Source: Candidatus Bathyarchaeum tardum (lineage in GTDB: Archaea > Thermoproteota > Bathyarchaeia > Bathyarchaeales > Bathyarchaeaceae). Taken from it: a DNA stretch of 64,000 bases. The notes under the pieces were generated by a model, which saw nothing but the letters and a program-made list of their open reading frames with translations, was not told the DNA's origin and searched no databases. Location of the stretch: assembly GCA_024650005.2 (NCBI GenBank), contig CP122380.1, forward strand, positions 1,312,001 through 1,376,000, written 5' to 3'. Shown here one piece after another: positions 61,681 through 64,000 of this stretch; positions within the stretch are counted from its first letter, which is position 1, and the number at the start of each line of letters is the position of its first letter. The position numbers and the translations under genes are program-made.

Positions 61681-61698
61681 TATGAAGAATTATTCATA
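61681..61698. promoter_or_regulatory. ArsR/SmtB-type operator upstream of hcp
   Basis: TATGAA-GAATTA-TTCATA palindrome between the TATA-like TTTTATA (about 61660) and the hcp start. Confidence 0.65.
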
Positions 61699-61705
61699 AA
61701 ATTGT

Positions 61706-63355
61706 GTGAGTAAAATGTCAAACCAAAAAATGTTTTGTTACCAATGCGAACAAACCGCCAACGAAAAAGGCTGCACACAGCATGGCGTTTGTGGAAAAAG
61801 TCCTGAGGTAGCAGCCCTCCAAGACCTTTTAATCTATGCTTTAAAGGGTCTCTCACAAGTTGCACTTGAGGCAAAAAAACAAAAATTACCAACCGACACT
61901 GCAGACTCATTCACTTGTAAAGCACTTTTTTCTACCCTAACAAACGTAAATTTTGATTCTACCCGTTTTCTAACCTTGATCAAAAAAACTACGAAAATAC
62001 GTGATGACCTAAAACAAGAACTAAAAAACATAGGATTAACAATTTCTTATGAAGGACCCGCAAATTTTGTTCCAAAAAACACTGTAGCGGAACTAGTTGA
62101 ACAAGGTAAATTAGTTGGAGTACAATCTGACCCAACAACCAATCCTGATATTCAATCTCTTAGACAAATTCTAACTTACGGAATCAAAGGAGTAGCAGCA
62201 TACGCTGATCATGCCCTAATTCTTGGACAAAAAGACCCTGAAGTTTTCACTTTCATTTACGAGGCACTTGTTGCTACTTTAGATGACTCTCTAACGGTTG
62301 ATGATCTTGTTGGGTTGGTTTTAAAATGTGGAAAAATTAACTTACGAGCAATGGAACTTTTAGATGCAGGGAATACAGGAACTTATGGTCATCCTGTTCC
62401 GACAAAAGTTCCCCTTGGAACAAAAAAGGGCAAAGCAATTCTCGTTTCGGGTCATGATCTGAAAGATTTAGAAGAAATTCTCAAACAAACTGAAGGTAAA
62501 GGAATCTACGTTTATACCCATGGCGAAATGCTTCCTGCACACGGTTATCCTGAACTAAAGAAGTATTCACATTTCCATGGTCATTATGGAACCGCATGGC
62601 AAAACCAGCAAAAAGAATTCAAAACATTCCCAGGTGCAATCTTGATGACAACAAACTGTCTTCAACGTCCCGCACAGAGTTATGCCGATAATATTTTCAC
62701 AACGGGTCTAGTTGGATGGGAAAATGTAACCCATATTGCAGACAAAGACTTCAGTTCAGTAATCGAAAAAGCTCTGGAAATGGATGGGTTCCAAGAAGAC
62801 ACAAATGGAAAAAGTGTAACGGTTGGATTTGCACGCAATACCATCCTAAGTGTAGCAGACAAGGTTGTTGACGCAGTTAAAACCAAAAAACTTCGCCACA
62901 TTCTACTCGTTGGAGGGTGTGACGGCGCAAAACCTGGACGGAACTACTTCACTGAACTGGTTGAAATGACTCCTCCTGACACAATTGTTCTAACCTTAGC
63001 GTGTGGAAAATTCAGGTTCTTTGACAAAGACTTAGGCACTCTAGGTGACTTGCCCCGACTGTTGGATGTGGGACAATGCAACGATGCTTATTCTGCAATA
63101 AAAGTTGCCGTAGCCCTTGCTGATGTTTTTGGCGTGGGCGTTAATGAACTCCCACTGTCATTGGTGTTATCATGGTATGAACAAAAAGCCGTTGCAATAC
63201 TGTTGACTTTGCTGTATCTGGGAATTAAGAACATTCGTTTAGGTCCCAGTTTACCTGCTTTTGTTTCTCCTAATGTCTTGGATGTTCTGGTTAAAAACTT
63301 CAACATAATGCCAATAACAACTGCAGAGAAAGACCTTAAAGCAATATTAGGATAA
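61706..63355 (+). CDS. hcp: Hybrid cluster protein (hydroxylamine reductase)
   Basis: MFCYQCEQT...C...GVCGK, SGHDL, YTHGEMLPAH, TTNC, GGCDG, GQCNDAYS, SWYEQKA. Confidence 0.97.
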   Translation: MSKMSNQKMFCYQCEQTANEKGCTQHGVCGKSPEVAALQDLLIYALKGLSQVALEAKKQKLPTDTADSFTCKALFSTLTNVNFDSTRFLTLIKKTTKIRDDLKQELKNIGLTISYEGPANFVPKNTVAELVEQGKLVGVQSDPTTNPDIQSLRQILTYGIKGVAAYADHALILGQKDPEVFTFIYEALVATLDDSLTVDDLVGLVLKCGKINLRAMELLDAGNTGTYGHPVPTKVPLGTKKGKAILVSGHDLKDLEEILKQTEGKGIYVYTHGEMLPAHGYPELKKYSHFHGHYGTAWQNQQKEFKTFPGAILMTTNCLQRPAQSYADNIFTTGLVGWENVTHIADKDFSSVIEKALEMDGFQEDTNGKSVTVGFARNTILSVADKVVDAVKTKKLRHILLVGGCDGAKPGRNYFTELVEMTPPDTIVLTLACGKFRFFDKDLGTLGDLPRLLDVGQCNDAYSAIKVAVALADVFGVGVNELPLSLVLSWYEQKAVAILLTLLYLGIKNIRLGPSLPAFVSPNVLDVLVKNFNIMPITTAEKDLKAILG

Positions 63356-63375
63356 GAAAAGAAGTCGGATTAACA

Positions 63376-63696
63376 ATGAAAAAAGGGTTAAGTGAAACAT
63401 GCTACAAGTTCTTTGTTAACTTGGCAAATCCTGCCCGGTTAGCAATATTAGAACAACTGATGAAAAACCCAATGAGTGTAAACGAGCTCGCTGACGCTAT
63501 CGGGCAAGAACAAAGCATGGTTTCACACAACCTTAAACCCCTTCTTGAGTGCAACTTTGTTTACATCGAACCTGAGGGCAAAAAACGCATCTATTCAGTT
63601 AACAAAGAAACCGTTGGAACACTTTTTAGCGCAGTTGAAAACCACGCCAAAAAATTTTGCCCAACAGGAGGAAAATGTCACTTAAATCAAAAATAA
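63376..63696 (+). CDS. ArsR/SmtB family regulator
   Basis: LANPARLAIL...SVNELA...QSMVSHNL; Cys at the N-terminus, in LLEC, and in C-terminal CPTGGKC. Confidence 0.9.
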   Translation: MKKGLSETCYKFFVNLANPARLAILEQLMKNPMSVNELADAIGQEQSMVSHNLKPLLECNFVYIEPEGKKRIYSVNKETVGTLFSAVENHAKKFCPTGGKCHLNQK

Positions 63697-63705
63697 TTGA
63701 ATTTT

Positions 63706-63999
63706 TTACGTTACAGGGTGTATTAGCATTCTTTTTTTTGCATCTTGTTTAATGTAATAGTTCATTTTTCCGGTTTTGTTGATTTTAGGAACTGTAATAA
63801 CAAATTGTGCTCCTTGACCTTGTTTGCCTGTTTCTTGTATTACCCAACCATATGTTTCGCAAATCTTTCTTATCAAATACAATCCGTAGCCTGTTCCTTT
63901 GCCGTAACCCTCTGTGAATATTAGTTCCTTTTCTGATTCAGGTATTCCAATCCCATTGTCTTCATAAATTAGTTTTAGTTGGTTTTTTTCTTCTTTGTA
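63706..63999 (-). CDS. Sensor histidine kinase, C-terminal HATPase_c domain (partial)
   Basis: Manual translation: LIYEDNGIGIP..EKELIF..GYGKGTGYGLYLIRKICETYGW.I.ETG..GQGAQF; stop at 63706-63708. Confidence 0.88.
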   Translation of the reverse strand, partial: YKEEKNQLKLIYEDNGIGIPESEKELIFTEGYGKGTGYGLYLIRKICETYGWVIQETGKQGQGAQFVITVPKINKTGKMNYYIKQDAKKRMLIHPVT

Positions 64000-64000
64000 G

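Overview
Archaeal chromosome segment, most likely Bathyarchaeia (TACK). Support: an archaeal 16S rRNA gene, TFB, GatDE, EndA, NucS, NreA, Elp3, a CdvB-like ESCRT-III gene and many IPEF-tailed surface proteins. From left to right: (1) a PolB2 operon cut by the window edge; (2) an AT-rich putative osmoadaptation island (about 2.3-9.3 kb) with lysine 2,3-aminomutase coupled to an EctA-type acetyltransferase, an extra TFB, a haloarchaeal-type membrane protein ending in an ATP-cone, an ArsR-like regulator, and a cyanobacterial-type sucrose-phosphate synthase/phosphatase pair; (3) a surface-protein region (12.5-24.7 kb) of Kelch and NosD/beta-helix proteins with PEF-CTERM-like tails, interrupted by a decayed provirus relic; (4) a stand-alone 16S rRNA gene; (5) housekeeping genes (PGI/PMI, glyS, endA, gatDE, elp3, nucS, nreA, tpiA); (6) a glycogen cluster and hcp. 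The two strongest candidates for new biology are the archaeal SPS/SPP plus AblA/EctA-like osmolyte island, and a shared GTCAAG-N4-CTTGAC operator at the promoters of three surface-protein units and of a membrane-anchored wHTH regulator. All protein family calls come from motif recognition, not database searches.
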